DNA of 63,333 nt, filler included, from Reticulomyxa filosa (lineage: Eukaryota; Protista; Foraminifera), in assembly GCA_000512085.1 (NCBI GenBank). It is 18 parts of 18 records of this genome, joined end to end, with 100 filler letters (N's around TTAATTAATTAA, not from the genome) between each part and the next. Parts side by side here need not be neighbours in the genome. Positions count along the whole stretch, not along the records: positions 34,113 to 41,251 come from ASPP01045239.1; positions 41,352 to 42,472 come from ASPP01029853.1; positions 42,573 to 43,572 come from ASPP01044848.1; positions 43,673 to 48,848 come from ASPP01019728.1; positions 48,949 to 51,307 come from ASPP01044975.1; positions 51,408 to 55,715 come from ASPP01036153.1; 12 more parts are not named here. One strand, 5' to 3'. Below are positions 39,001 to 52,389 of this stretch, piece by piece. A program made the position numbers and the translations under genes. Position 1 is the stretch's first letter; the number at the start of each line of letters is the position of its first letter. Under the pieces are notes generated by a model that was not told the DNA's origin, did no database searches, and saw nothing but the letters and a program-made list of their open reading frames with translations.

Positions 39001-40586
39001 ATTGATGTCAACTTGCATAATGCTTGCAAACATATTAGTGGAAATTTTGTACGTTGTAATTATTGTAATGACAACTTGATATGACGAAAGTGCCACATTG
39101 AAATTGTTCAAAATAAAATTAAAGATGCCAAATGAAAAATTAATTTTTTAGAAGATATTATGTAATTTGATTTTTATTTCTGTCTATTTGTAAAGAAAAT
39201 CCGAACGTTTGCCGGAATTGAACATATTCATGACTCCTGCATACACAATAAGTTGGTACATCTGGTGAATTAGTACAAAATAATTCGACTGCGACCGTTC
39301 AACTTAAACTTGTCTGCAGTAATGAAATAATACAGTCCAGCAAATGTATTATTAATTAATATACTTAAAATAGAAATGGAAAGCATTTAAATTTAGAATT
39401 AATTTGCAGTATTTTTTTGAAGCAAGATCATTTATATCTAGTATATAGTATTGATCATTAGGTGCCACTTGAAAATTTGGTCATCTTATTTTAAATCGGG
39501 CTGACTATGAAGATAAGCTCAAATTACAAGATGAAAATTATATTGTTCGTCGTTTATAAAATAACGAAACTGCAAGTCAATATTTGCAGCATCTTTTTAT
39601 TGCACTAAATTAATCAGTCAAAATGAAAATACTAAATCAGGAAAACCAAAAGCAAAGTAAAAAAATTAAAAAACTGATGAAGAAATTTTCAAATTAAATG
39701 ATCAGACAATTAGATAGTGCGTTAAAATTTGTAAAAAAAAGAAAGAAAAAAGAATTAACTCCAGTATCAACAAGTTCATTTAAAGAATTATGATATTCCA
39801 GCGCTGAAAAGACAAAGATTGTAGTCAATCATGTAAAAATATAAATTAAGTAAATATACTATTTCTGCTTTAATTATGCCAAAAAAGAGTTTGATCATAT
39901 CCATATTCTTGTATTAAACTTACTTTGCAGTCTTGTCTTCTTTTGGATTTGTAGAATTCTTATCACTTTAGTTGTTTCAATTTTTTTAGAATAATACAAA
40001 TACTTATTCTCTTTATCCACTTCTCAATGAAATCTCTTTATCTTTTCTTCATGTTAATTTCCTGGTTATAAGAAATTTACATTACGTCCACGTATCAATT
40101 GTAAAATAATAAAAAGGTCTGATGTTTGTTGCTCAAATTAGTGAACCAAAGCACCAATTGTGAACACAAAAAAAAAATAATCCATTAACGTTTTTGACTT
40201 TTGGAAATTTCAATGCTAGTCAATCCTCATTTCGAATTTTTTTTTAATCTTAAGTCTGTCTTCAATAGAACAACTTCAGAATCATATAGCAAAATTAGGT
40301 TGTATGTGTTTGCACTTTTATTTTTTTTGGAAAAATTTTGTTTTATGTAAAGTTTGATCAAATAAAAGTACATTATAATAAATATTTGATAAATATTTTG
40401 GATGAGACAATTGCATAAATGCAAAATACTTGATCACTGTTACTAATCGATTTTCGTCTCGTCCGTCCAAGACGACCTTGGGTCCATATATTCGCCAAAA
40501 TTCTTCAGTCACGAAAAACAGTAATTGTATCTTTAGTTTTTTTTTTTGCATTATAATAACAATATATATATGTATAAACTTTTTTA

Positions 40587-41237
40587 TTAAAAAAAGGTTA
40601 TATCAAGTTCATCTTGTTTATTTTTATCATATCCATTACCAAAACGATTGCATATATTTGCAATCCAAGGATGATTAATCCCAAAATTATGTAAAGATAT
40701 TTTTAATGCCTTATTATAGCATTCAATTTTTTTATCCCATTCTTCACATATAATTCCTAAAAAAGTATATGAATCTGCGACAAAAGAATGATTTGAACCA
40801 AAATTATCAATACAAATTTGTAAATGTTGTTGTGCATAAATTAATGCATTATCAAAAAGATTTTCTTGTAGACATTGCTTTTTTTTATCTTCGAGATCTT
40901 GTAATAATACAGGAATGTGATAATGTATTTTCATATTCCATTGAATAGATACAATTAATTGTTTCAATTCTTGTTGATTAATTATTGCTTTTTGTGTAAC
41001 AAATGTCTGATTTGTAATTTGTACATTTTCTTGTAATTTAATTTTACAGTTGACAACATATATATTTCCATCGATAATTATACCACTATCCAATATTATT
41101 AATTTTCTTTTTATTAAATATATCCAATAATCTTCAATTTGTTTTTTTGCAATATTATTATCATTTATTAATGTATAAAATAAATTCTTATTTGCATTCG
41201 GATGTATTTTATTTTTCCATTCAGAAGTGTTGTTCAT
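40587..41237 (-). CDS. TPR-containing family protein, truncated or possibly pseudogene
   Basis: FDNALIYAQQHLQICIDNFGSNHSFVADSYTFLG...IECYNKALKISLHNFGINHPWIA. Confidence 0.7.
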   Translation of the reverse strand: MNNTSEWKNKIHPNANKNLFYTLINDNNIAKKQIEDYWIYLIKRKLIILDSGIIIDGNIYVVNCKIKLQENVQITNQTFVTQKAIINQQELKQLIVSIQWNMKIHYHIPVLLQDLEDKKKQCLQENLFDNALIYAQQHLQICIDNFGSNHSFVADSYTFLGIICEEWDKKIECYNKALKISLHNFGINHPWIANICNRFGNGYDKNKQDELDITFF

Positions 41238-42579
41238 TTTTTTCCATCATTNNNNNNNNNNNNNNNNNNNNNNNNNNNNNNNNNNNNNNNNNNNNTTAAT
41301 TAATTAANNNNNNNNNNNNNNNNNNNNNNNNNNNNNNNNNNNNNNNNNNNNTTTTTTTTTTTTTTGCACTGTGTGATTGAATATATTCTTAAAAAAAAAA
41401 AAAAAAAAGGGGGGGGAGCAAAAAGGAGGAAAAAAGATTAAAAATTTGTCCAGCTGTTTTTTTTTAATATTGTTTGTTTTCTTTCTCTTTGCACCATTGG
41501 TTGGTTGCTGCCTTGGAGGGTTGTCCATTTGATATGGTACATCTATTTTCATAATTATGATGTTTTATATCTTTTTTTAGGGGCACAAGGCGTAGAGAAT
41601 TAGCGCAAACAAAAATTGTTTGTTGCCATACCACGAGACTGTTGCAAGCTTCGATTCCGGCTCTGTTTTTAATTGACAAGATTCAGTTTTTACTAACTTT
41701 TTAAAAAGCTGTAAGCACAGCCAAACATACCGAGGCAGCCCTTGGAGATGAAACGTTAAGCTCATCATACTGTTTGTTTCCTGAGTCTGGACGATAATAT
41801 TGGGACATTACCACTGCTTCGAGTTGGTAGACTTTTTTTCGTTGCAAACTGAACACTTGCAGAGTAACGGTATACTTTTCTCGTTATGCCATATTTTTTG
41901 TTTGCAAGTAGTTGATTTTTGGTCCTGCGTCAATATATAAAAATGTAACTACTTGCTTTCTGAAACAATTCTTTTTTGTACGTATTCAGCAAATTTAATC
42001 CGAATGATGTGTGTTTAGAAATATTAATACCTTAATATATGTTAGCATGTGTTGCACATAATCTATCTTTAAAACTATTTATGATCTTGTTGAACAACAA
42101 TTTACTAGTACAGGTAGTTGTGGAGAAAAAAAACTATCTGCTTTCGAAAAGAACTATCGACAACACTCGTCGTTTTTGTAAATTTACAGTTGGACATTGT
42201 TTCAAGTTATAATTTAAAACATTTGTTATGTTGCTACAAACATTAACAATTGTTGTCGTTTGTTGTGGTTATACCCTCAATTACAACAAGTTGAAAAAGA
42301 AGATTTTTAATATTGTTTGATGCAAAAAAATGTTGAAGAAAAAAAAGAAAAATTGAAAATTGTGGGAGATCCAAAATAATGGACACTCAATATTTTTAAA
42401 CGAAGCCTTTTTGGCCACGAGAGTTTTGCCTGAAAAGGCAATTAATTTGATTGGTTTTTTTATTTTAAAAAANNNNNNNNNNNNNNNNNNNNNNNNNNNN
42501 NNNNNNNNNNNNNNNNTTAATTAATTAANNNNNNNNNNNNNNNNNNNNNNNNNNNNNNNNNNNNNNNNNNNNGATTAAG

Positions 42580-43420
42580 CAGACAATTGCAGGAATAAGG
42601 CCAATTCCATCTTCAATTGCTGAACTGTTGCTTGTAGTAATGCAATTTGATCCTTCAGTTGTTTAATTTCTTCCAATTGATCTTTATTCTGTGTTAAGAA
42701 TATCTATCTGCTTCCGTTGCTAGCCACTTGTTCATTTACTTGATTTTTGTTTTTTGGTTTTGCTATAACCTCTTTGTAATTTGGAACTTTGGAAGTTTCT
42801 TTGAAGTCTTTTGGATTTTTGCTTTTATTTTCACTCTTTCTTGTTTTGGACACAATATTGAAGTGCCCTTTGAACGTCTTTGGCATTTGAGAATATTACT
42901 TTCACAATTGGCATATCCTTAAATCCTTCCACTTAATATCCAAGTTCTTCCAATGTGTCAATAACTTCTTGAGGAGATTCTCGTGTTGATACATTTTTTA
43001 ATAACATGCACCGATTTGTTTCAGGATTTTCTTGCTTTCGTTTCTCCAATTGTTCAGAAACGTAATCTTTTCTGATATCTTTAATTCTTGCTTGCCATTG
43101 TCCAATCTTCACTTGACTTTGAAAATGAACAAATAACGTTTTCCATGATTGCAAAAACGTGCTTTCAATTTCTTCACAAATATTCTCTCTTTTACACCAA
43201 TTCTTTTCCATTCACATTTGTAAAAACCAATGTTGGACTTGTCTTGCATCATCTGGTTTCGATCAATTGGTTTGATTTCAATATATTGTCTTCTTTTGTT
43301 TACATTATCAATCATTTTTTCATCACTATTAATCGAATGTGTGACTGTCCTTGCACTTGGCTATGCGATTGTATATTATCATTGATTTGGCTTGGCAATG
43401 ATAATAATGAACCGACAGTC
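42580..43420 (-). pseudogene. Possible non-LTR retrotransposon ORF1/gag-like remnant
   Basis: Broken frames with an RRM-like segment (CMLLKNVSTRESPQEVIDTLEELGY), an eroded Cys/His knuckle (KCQR..KGH....CPK) and a terminal coiled coil. Confidence 0.35.
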
Positions 43421-43672
43421 GATTTACCAATCGACTTTGTCCTTCCCTTTAAACTATTACGTTTGTATATTTCTTCTTGATTCGCTTGGAATTGATGTCA
43501 TTGTTTATCCAAAATCTTGATATTCGGGTGGATCGTGCCTTGATCTCCAAATGATTGGTCTTCCACTAGCCTNNNNNNNNNNNNNNNNNNNNNNNNNNNN
43601 NNNNNNNNNNNNNNNNTTAATTAATTAANNNNNNNNNNNNNNNNNNNNNNNNNNNNNNNNNNNNNNNNNNNN

Positions 43673-44064
43673 GAATCCCTCTCAAAAAAAAAAAAACTGG
43701 GTTGTGACTGCTCTTCAAATTTGACTTCGATGTCTTCTGGAATAACATTGGTCAAGTCAGATTCACTTTTGTACGTGATATGTGCGAAAGTTTGCTCGGT
43801 CGTTTCTTGGTCCGTTGCTGGCGCGTCACTGTCATAGACGCTGCCGAACTCATTGATCACCATCGAATCGGAACGATAATTGCCATCTGCATTTTCTGCT
43901 TCTTCATTCTCGTCCCTAGGAGGGACTATCTCTTTTATGAGGTTTTCAAATGGATCTGCCGGCTCGCTGCGCTCTTCCGTCTCTTCTGTTTCACTCATCT
44001 CCACGGCTCCATCTTCCACTATCAATCCGTCGTTTTCATCTTCCTCCACGTCGCCCTGGGACAT
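43673..44064 (-). CDS. Acidic hypothetical protein, first exon
   Basis: Higher-GC open frame MSQGDVEEDE... running to the contig end. Confidence 0.55.
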
Positions 44065-44711
44065 TCCAACAATTCCCTTTTTGCTTTCAAGTATTTGTTT
44101 AGCCTCTTAAACAATTATTCCTGCTAGCTAAATAAATTGATTTGTTTAACGCATCAATGGATAATATAATCCTTCTAAAAGGGGATTAGCTTTTTTTATT
44201 TAAAAAAAAACCTAATTGAAGTCTTCTTACAGTGACAAAATTTCAAAAAAATATTTTGCTGATTTGTGGAACTGTATTTTTTATTAATATTAGGTTTCAG
44301 TTTTTTCTAACATTGTATTATTTATAAATTTCCTTTTTTTTTTTTTGTCATATAAAAATATACTCGACAATAAGGGTAAGATAGGCCAAAAAAAATATGG
44401 AAACAGCGCAGACAGAAAAAAAACGAAAAGAAAATCGTCATTACATATTTTTATTTTTGAAAAGGTAGCCTTGAACAATCCCATTAAACTCGAAAATCCA
44501 TCCAATATCGCTCAATTCAGCCGTGCGCATCCAATATTGAACAATGGACTTGATTTCAAAAATTGTCCACTGAGCAAAAAAGAAAAAAAAAACGAATACA
44601 AAGTAATTGTATATTATGCAAAGAAATAGATAACATAAAATGAATATATATTATATGTGATCCATTTATGTTTTGTAATAGAAAAACAAAGAATTTGAAA
44701 TCGAGTAAAAA

Positions 44712-45713
44712 TTAAAAAAAAAGAATAACTCCAGTCAAATCTTTAGCATGAACAACAAAGTGGTTGGCTTGGTTGTCAAAGTCAGAGTTTCTGCCACCAA
44801 TGAGATGAACGGAGGAAAGGGTTGAGTCGGCAATAGCAGTATTACGATAGAGTAGCAAAGGGAGATGAGACAAAGATCGGGACCAGAATTTGCGAGAAAT
44901 ATCGAGAGTGAAAATGACATTTAAAATATTGTCATCAACAAAATTCCAGCCTCCAAAAATCAATAATTGGCTTTGAAACAAGACATAAGAGTAAATCCAA
45001 CAAAGGGAAAAAGGGCTCAAAGGCCAAAAGTCATAACTGAATTTGTTTTGTTGTTGATTGAATCGAATGGAAATACAATTGTTTTGACTAACCAATAGAA
45101 ACTCATTACAACCTATCGACACAAAACAATGAAACTCCAACGTATTAGTAATCGAAAGAGGCACCGTGTTGTTTTGTACACGTTTCAAAGGCGTCCATGT
45201 CTGCATTGACAGCACGTCAATCTTATTCGGATAGCGTGTCACAAACAACAAGTCATTGTGTAATCCACTGACAACTCCTCGACAACCTTGCAAGTTTATC
45301 GAGCTTTGGCCATTCGCCTCATTGGTGGTGTCCATTATTGGTGTCCATTCGTTTCGTGTGGATGCTGTTGTACTCTTCCTTTCATTCCACACACTTTCGT
45401 ACTCCATTTGCAACGGCTTGTGCTTCAAACTTGACACCCCAAATGATATCAATGTGAATGTGTCTTCTGTTGAAGACCGTGGCGGACATAACACTACTGT
45501 GTGCCCTCCCAATGTCGCATCGTTCGGATATGAACACACCAATTTGTACTCACGCTTTCCCAAATGGTAGGAATAACAGTTTCTGCTGTTGCTGCCCCCA
45601 CAAATTAACAATTCATCATCCAAGGAAACACAAGCAGGAAGATCCAATGCACTGGGCAAGTCGGGTAGCATCTCATGGTGAAGTATTGATGAAGGGGATT
45701 TTATTCCATCCAT
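44712..45713 (-). CDS. Kelch-type beta-propeller of an expanded family
   Basis: CVSLDDELLICGG..SRNCYSYH...YKLVCSYP...LGGHTVV, LLIFGGWN and VHLIGG. Confidence 0.85.
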   Translation of the reverse strand: MDGIKSPSSILHHEMLPDLPSALDLPACVSLDDELLICGGSNSRNCYSYHLGKREYKLVCSYPNDATLGGHTVVLCPPRSSTEDTFTLISFGVSSLKHKPLQMEYESVWNERKSTTASTRNEWTPIMDTTNEANGQSSINLQGCRGVVSGLHNDLLFVTRYPNKIDVLSMQTWTPLKRVQNNTVPLSITNTLEFHCFVSIGCNEFLLVSQNNCISIRFNQQQNKFSYDFWPLSPFSLCWIYSYVLFQSQLLIFGGWNFVDDNILNVIFTLDISRKFWSRSLSHLPLLLYRNTAIADSTLSSVHLIGGRNSDFDNQANHFVVHAKDLTGVILFF

Positions 45714-46642
45714 AACCTTTCTTTCTCAGAAAACACAAACTTGGAAAAAAACTGCGAAGAACGAACTGTTGTTGTTTCATGATTCTCCAGAAGAGATAAT
45801 TTTAACAGTTTTGTTGCTGGTGTCTGCCATTGAGAATGGAACATGCAACCAAATTTATCTTTTATGCTAGCAAAAAGCTCGGACAAACAAGAATTGTTAT
45901 TAACATAAACAATTGTCAACTTTTTTCATTGCAATTAAATTTTTGACAACAAAACACATCTGTTAGCAAAATTTCTTTTTTTAAGATAGAAATATTACAA
46001 AAAAGTAAAAAAAAAAAAGTGTTACAGATGTGCTTATTAATAATACTTTGTACTAATGAAAATATGTTAAAATAAAAATCAGATAATATAATTTAAGTGT
46101 TAACAAAAATATGGTTGTCATGAAATAAAATAATTTTTAAATTATGTTTAAACTTAAATGTTTTTTTGCAATTTTGTCACACTTTTTATTATTGGATTTT
46201 TCTTGTAATGGCAGATATTTTGACATATAAAAAAACTGAAATTACTAGTATATTTGAACAATTATGTTGCATTTTCATTTAATACAAAAATATTGATTGA
46301 ATAATAAGAATATACTTAAAATAATACTATCTAAAAATTAATATTGAATTGATCTGATATACTTATGAAAAAAATGAAATCTTGTCTTCATTTCAGAAAA
46401 CAAATCAAAACAAAGACGCCAGCCCATTTTTTCGATTCTTGGAAAATTATCATTTCACGCTCTCATTCAGCAGCACGTAAGATCAGTTGAAAACAAACTT
46501 GTACTCGAAAAGGGGAGACAAAAATTTTTGTGCTATAATAAACAGGATCGTTTATTGAAAGATTCTGTTTTGTAAAAGAAAAAGAAGTGCGAATGTGTTG
46601 CATTTTTTTTTGTCTCGAGAATGGGACATAATTTCAAAAATA

Positions 46643-48256
46643 ATGAGCTCTCGCTCGCTTGAGCTAGACCTTGTGAAGACTCAACGAGAATTTGCGCTGA
46701 AGTATATCCGAGTGTTGATGTCACTTCTCGCAATTTTCAATGTGATTGTGATAAACTTTTGGGGGGAAAAGTATTTTCCTTTATTTACATATTTATTGAG
46801 TGGGAAGCATTTATTTTTGAACACAGATATCGCGATAGTGTACATATTGTTTGGTACAACAGTACTACTTGCAATGTTGATCATTATTTCTATTTGTTTA
46901 ATGATCGCGTATTACATGTACATGGAAGCGGCAAGTGACACAAATAGTCTAATAGAGCTGGAGTTTTATGCCTGTCTTGCATGTATGGATAAGACAAAAA
47001 AAAAATAAAATAAAAAAAAAAATCTCCTGTTCTTTTTGTTTGGCCCTGTTTATACCCCTCTTAATAATAATCAAAAAAAAAAAAAAAAAAAAAAAATAGG
47101 TTGCGTGATTCCAGGGATGATGATTCTATCAATAGGAATTTTTGTAGGGACGTTTTGTCTTTGCCCACTGCTTTTATCTTTTCTGTGGATGGAATTAGTA
47201 TTGAGAACAAGATTTTCACTTACGACAATTATATATTTTTCCAAATTGACAAGTCTCCAATATGCAGTATGCATTGAGCACATGAAATATGAAGTAATAG
47301 TCGAACAAGGATTATGGGGAGGTAAAAAAAAAGAGACACAAGATGAAGGGAGAAATATAAGAGAAAAACAGAGACACATATCAGCTCTGTTTAAAGATGT
47401 GGGTAAATATATGCTGGTAAAGAATATGACAGATCGGAATAGTGATTTGATCGAAACATTGAATGCTTTGCCTATCTTGCACTCGCTTGATTATGTATGT
47501 GATATATCTAAGGAAGCCAATAATGTAATTGAGATATCAGCAAACACTGGTAATGTATCCTCTGATCTACTCATGTTAGATGATATCTTTCCAAAGAATT
47601 GGACGATGATCTTATTTGGATATTTGATACTCTTGGCCTTATTTTTGATTGGTGAAATTTGTACATTTTGGTTTGTATATGATATACATTCCCTAATTTC
47701 ATATAGCTCTGTTTGGAAAATGGAATCTCGAGGTTGGAACATTCTCCTTTGTCTTGCGGCGGGCCATGCACTTTTTGCTCTGTTGGTCATTCTCATCACA
47801 TTTTTGCACTTTCAAGATGTTGTAGTACAGGTTAATCAAAATATTAGCTGGGCATATGATTTGGAAAAAAAGATTAGCGATCATAAGTCTCATAATCCTA
47901 ATTTCTCTCCATTTTTGTGTAACTTCAATCAACATCTTTATTTGGCGAATATGGAAAAGGCTTGTTATCATTATTTCATTGTTCGATATATTCATAGTAT
48001 ATATGAAGATTGGATGAGTCAATCTATTTTGCAATTCTTATACGGATCCACTCTGGAATGGCCTGCTGAATCTGCACAAAGCGAAACTGCCCGTGATCAA
48101 GTGCAGCTCAATACTCTTCCCAATTCTATTCCTCCGGCACAAGGCTCTGATTCAAACAAACTTATTGTGGCGGAGTCCAGTTACAATGAACAACACGAAT
48201 TTTCTGGAAACAAGGCAGCAATTGCATACCTTATTCGAGCCATCTTAGAATTTTAA
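46643..48256 (+). CDS. Multi-pass membrane protein of unknown function, 2 exons
   Basis: About five hydrophobic segments across two ORFs, joined by a probable intron (~46983-47099) ending in an A-run then TAG. Confidence 0.7.
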
Positions 48257-49274
48257 ACATTTTTTAACGAATACAAATTTGCTCAAGATACAACAAAACA
48301 CAAATCAAAATTTTTTAGATTTGCATAAACACTTTCAAAGACGACAACTTTATCACAGAACGTTTTTTTTGTCTGTGATTTTAGTGACAAGACATAATGA
48401 AAGATAAATATGTTCAAGTCAAGCTGCACATACGAAGTCATTCAATAAATTTCATACAAGAATTAATAGATACAAATATATTTTTTTGTTTCCAAGAAAA
48501 AAATACACTGTTACAATACAACTAGTATTTTTTTTTTTAACACAAACTTTTATATTTGTTTTTTCAGCATTTCTGGACGAATTTCACTTAAACCAATTTT
48601 GTGGCAATTCATCATTTAACTATCACATTTTATCACTCAATAAAAAAAAAGAAAAAAAGTAATCTAAGAATTAATGTATGCTTATTTTTTTGAGACCGAA
48701 AGATTTTCTTTCATAAAGTTGTACTATCAATGTTGATAAAATACAATTGAAATAAAAGAAAAACAAACAAGAAAAAAATCACTTCAATCCTTTTTCCCAT
48801 ACAAATTCTAAATCTGCCAAATCATTGCTTAAGTTGGTTCGATATTTTNNNNNNNNNNNNNNNNNNNNNNNNNNNNNNNNNNNNNNNNNNNNTTAATTAA
48901 TTAANNNNNNNNNNNNNNNNNNNNNNNNNNNNNNNNNNNNNNNNNNNNTGTGGAAGCATACAGAGCCAAATTCTCGAAATCATTTACTTGATTCATTTTA
49001 TCTTTTGGATAATCTCTTTTGTACATTTGTGTGAACATAAGATGTAATTTTCTATTCAATGACTGAAAATTTGTTTTGGTAAATGATGATATTATTTCCC
49101 CAAGAATTGGACTTTTTGTTCCAAAAGAAGAGAAAATTACGTGTGAAATTTGTATGCATTTTTTCCTTTGTTTATCAGTTTAAAAAAAAGAATATGGCTG
49201 AAATTCAATAAAATAATTCCAAAATCATTCAGTATTTTGTGATAAATTTGCATTTTTGTAAGTTTTATCATTCG

Positions 49275-49910
49275 CAGAACATGACAAAATGTAATACCTA
49301 AAATAGCACCTTATAGAGGTTGATTTTCTTCATATGAAACGACATTTAGACCTAATTTTTAAAAAAATATCCACGGGTCTTTTAAATATGATTTTGGTTT
49401 TTTATTAAATCTTTCCAAATTGTTTGAAAAATTTGAATATTTTATTGATTTTTGAAAATTTTTGAGAAAAAGTTGACAATCGTGCCTGTATCGTAACCTG
49501 AAATTGCCAACTTTTTAAAACATTTTCGAAAATGTTCCACTATAAATATTTTGCATCAATTTTTCCAAAAAATAACAAGATTTTGCAATGAAAATGAATA
49601 ACAAACATTTGTTAAAAAAATGCGTTTAAAATAAAAATTATTGATAGAGTTAAAAAAAGAAATAAATGATGGTAAAATAATTTTATGTTAAGAATATCAT
49701 AATTTAAATGAAATCTTTTTTAAATTTGATTTGTTAATTTTTTTTTGACTTTAACATTGTGTTTAATTTAAAAATTACTTATTTTTGCATAAGCTATGCT
49801 CAAGCTACTAGCAACATTAAATGAGATAAATGTTACTAAAAATAAATTATTATGAAGAAATCATCTCTATAAAGTGCCGTTTTAGGTGTCACCTTTCTTT
49901 TGCATTACTG
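49275..49910. mobile_element. Non-autonomous TIR element (~635 bp), CAGTAG family
   Basis: Left ACCTAAAATAGCACCTTATAGAG and right CTCTATAAAGTGCCGTTTTAGGT...TGCATTACTG are inverted copies. Confidence 0.65.
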
Positions 49911-50078
49911 ATTCATGTGTTCATGCGAAATCTTCAAAACTCATGTGAAAAAAAGATGTTTTCATCCAATTTTTAAAAAGTGATTATAAAATCAATTTCA
50001 TATTTTAAAACTACAAGATTTGACCTTGTTTTATATTAACTAAATAGCATAAAGACTAAATAATGGAAAATATAGTTA

Positions 50079-50323
50079 CAGTAGAATAAAAAAAAATTGA
50101 CACCACTTTATGAAAATGATTGATTTTCTCCATAAAAAACAATATTCACTCAAATTTTTTTTATTTAAAGAAAAAGGTTCTTTTTCAAATTTCTAAACTA
50201 AAAACTAATTAACAAAACAAGATATTGTTAAAAAAATTATGATCAAATATTTGTTTTTCGTGGAGTAAATTGACTATCTTCATAAAGTAGCATATGTGTT
50301 CTATTTTTTTTTGCAAACTACCG
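50079..50323. mobile_element. Complete MITE (~245 bp) with ~85-bp imperfect TIRs and TA target duplication
   Basis: TA|CAGTAGAAT...ACTTTATGAAAAT... inverted with ...ATCTTCATAAAGT...TGCAAACTACCG|TA. Confidence 0.7.
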
Positions 50324-51575
50324 TATTGTAAATCAGAAAAAGTCAATAGTAATATTTAAGTTTAAAAGGAATCAAAAAAGAATAAGGAAATTGCATGTGT
50401 GTTACTCAATTTTTTAAAAGAAATGATTGAAATCATTAAAAAATCATTTAGTCACAACTTTTGACAAATTTCTAAAAAAGTAAATAAATTTTTCACTTAT
50501 AGTTGCTGGTGATTGCTGTCACTTGCTTGAACTTTGTATGTGCTCTGATTTTAGTTTGTTGTCGACTCTAGTTTTACCTACTTTCACTATTTTTGCTTGA
50601 GATTAATGCCAATGTTGGCTCACTAACTGCTTATCATTGTCCAATACAAGTTTTGTATATTTTGCATATCTTGTTTTTGTTATTCGCTTGGCTTGTACAT
50701 ATTTTTCAATTATAGCTTCCTTTTTGTTGCAATTACAAATTTTGTCAATTGTTTAACGATTTTAATTCTTTTTTCAGATGACCATCTTTTGCCACCAATT
50801 ACTAATGTTCTCACAATCAGTTTTTTCGCATATAATTCTGGAATTATGTAACATTTGAGTACAACAATACGTAAGTCATTGTAATGTGGATATTTCATCA
50901 AAAATGTTCCACAGTTTCATGTTCATTTTCGCACCAATTACATTCTGGTGCATGTGCACTGTTAATTTATAGTTTAACCCTACTTTACCTGTAATAATTC
51001 TGCATGTAATTCTTCTTTCGTGCACTTCAGACGACGTAGTAAAATCTTTTCAAAAGATTTTTCTTCAATAATATTAAGTATAAATTTTTTTGGACGCTTA
51101 TGTTGATAATTTTCATTACATTCGTTTGTCCAATGTCTGTTCCATACTACAGTTGCGACAAAAAATTAGTCAACCCCAAAATATGAACTTTTTGTGTTTC
51201 TAACGAAAATTTTAGTAGCAAATTGTGATGATTTTTTCTGGTTTACTGGATATACGTTTACTCTTTTATAAGTACAGTAGAATGCAAAGTAAAGTTGACA
51301 CCTAAAANNNNNNNNNNNNNNNNNNNNNNNNNNNNNNNNNNNNNNNNNNNNTTAATTAATTAANNNNNNNNNNNNNNNNNNNNNNNNNNNNNNNNNNNNN
51401 NNNNNNNAATTTTTCTTTTTCGATTTTCCCTTTTTTGGCCTATTTTTTTAATTTTTTTTTAAAGGACATCTTTTTTAAAATTTAAGATTATTAATTAGGT
51501 ATATTATAAAATATGGAATATTACGTGATAAATTTGCATGAGCAAATGGAAATTATGACACTGATTTTATTTTTA

Positions 51576-52389
51576 TAGTAGTTTGCAAGAATAAATATCT
51601 TTTTTATTTGAGTTGTATATCTTTATTGAAAAGAGCTAAAGTAAAAATAATTTTTTAATGCATAGAACAAATCACAGACTCTCTTTCATTTATGTTGTAC
51701 TAATTTATATCCTGCATCTTTTTTTTTGCAGGAGTTTGAAAAATAAAAAATAAAAAATCTTGCGAAACAAAAAAAGTTTAAAGTGAATTGTACTTACTAA
51801 TATTAAAGTATTTAACGCACAGTAAGCACATAAAAAAGTAAAAATCATTATGAAGAAATATTGTGATGAGTTTACAAAATGAATAGCTTTGCAAATGATT
51901 TTGGATGGAAAGTCTATGCAAAGAGTGACAAAACACTTTAAGATTAGCGCAATGACTGTCCAAAATTGGAAAAAATTTTTAAACGAACGCGAATATTAGC
52001 AGAAAGCATTGATCATGAAGAAAATCTATTTTTAGTGATAAAATGCGCATGTTGCTGTTAGAAACTGCAAAGAACATACAAATAGAACTGGAAAAAAATG
52101 CAGCATATCCTTGCATCACATATAAAAGTTTCTTTTAAACACAAGTGTAAACGTTTGTTAAATGGATTATTTTTTCTTTACAGTTTGATAGATTCAATAA
52201 AAAAATTTTTATTACAAAAAAAATTCATATCTGTAAACTAGCTAAAAAAATTGAATGTATAGATGAAAGATAGTCTGTGATTTGTTCTATGTGTCTACAA
52301 ATTATTTTTACTTTTCAATAAGGATATACAAGTCAAATACAAAAAAAAGCCCCTTTTTTTTGGTTGCACGGTTTTTTTGCAAACTACTG
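51576..52389. mobile_element. Non-autonomous TIR element (~815 bp) with ~120-bp TIRs
   Basis: Left TAGTAGTTTGCAA...TTGTATATCTTTATTGAAAAG...CATAGAACAAATCACAGACT.TCTTTCAT is inverted with right ATGAAAGATAGTCTGTGATTTGTTCTATG...CTTTTCAATAAGGATATACAA...TTGCAAACTACTG. Confidence 0.75.
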
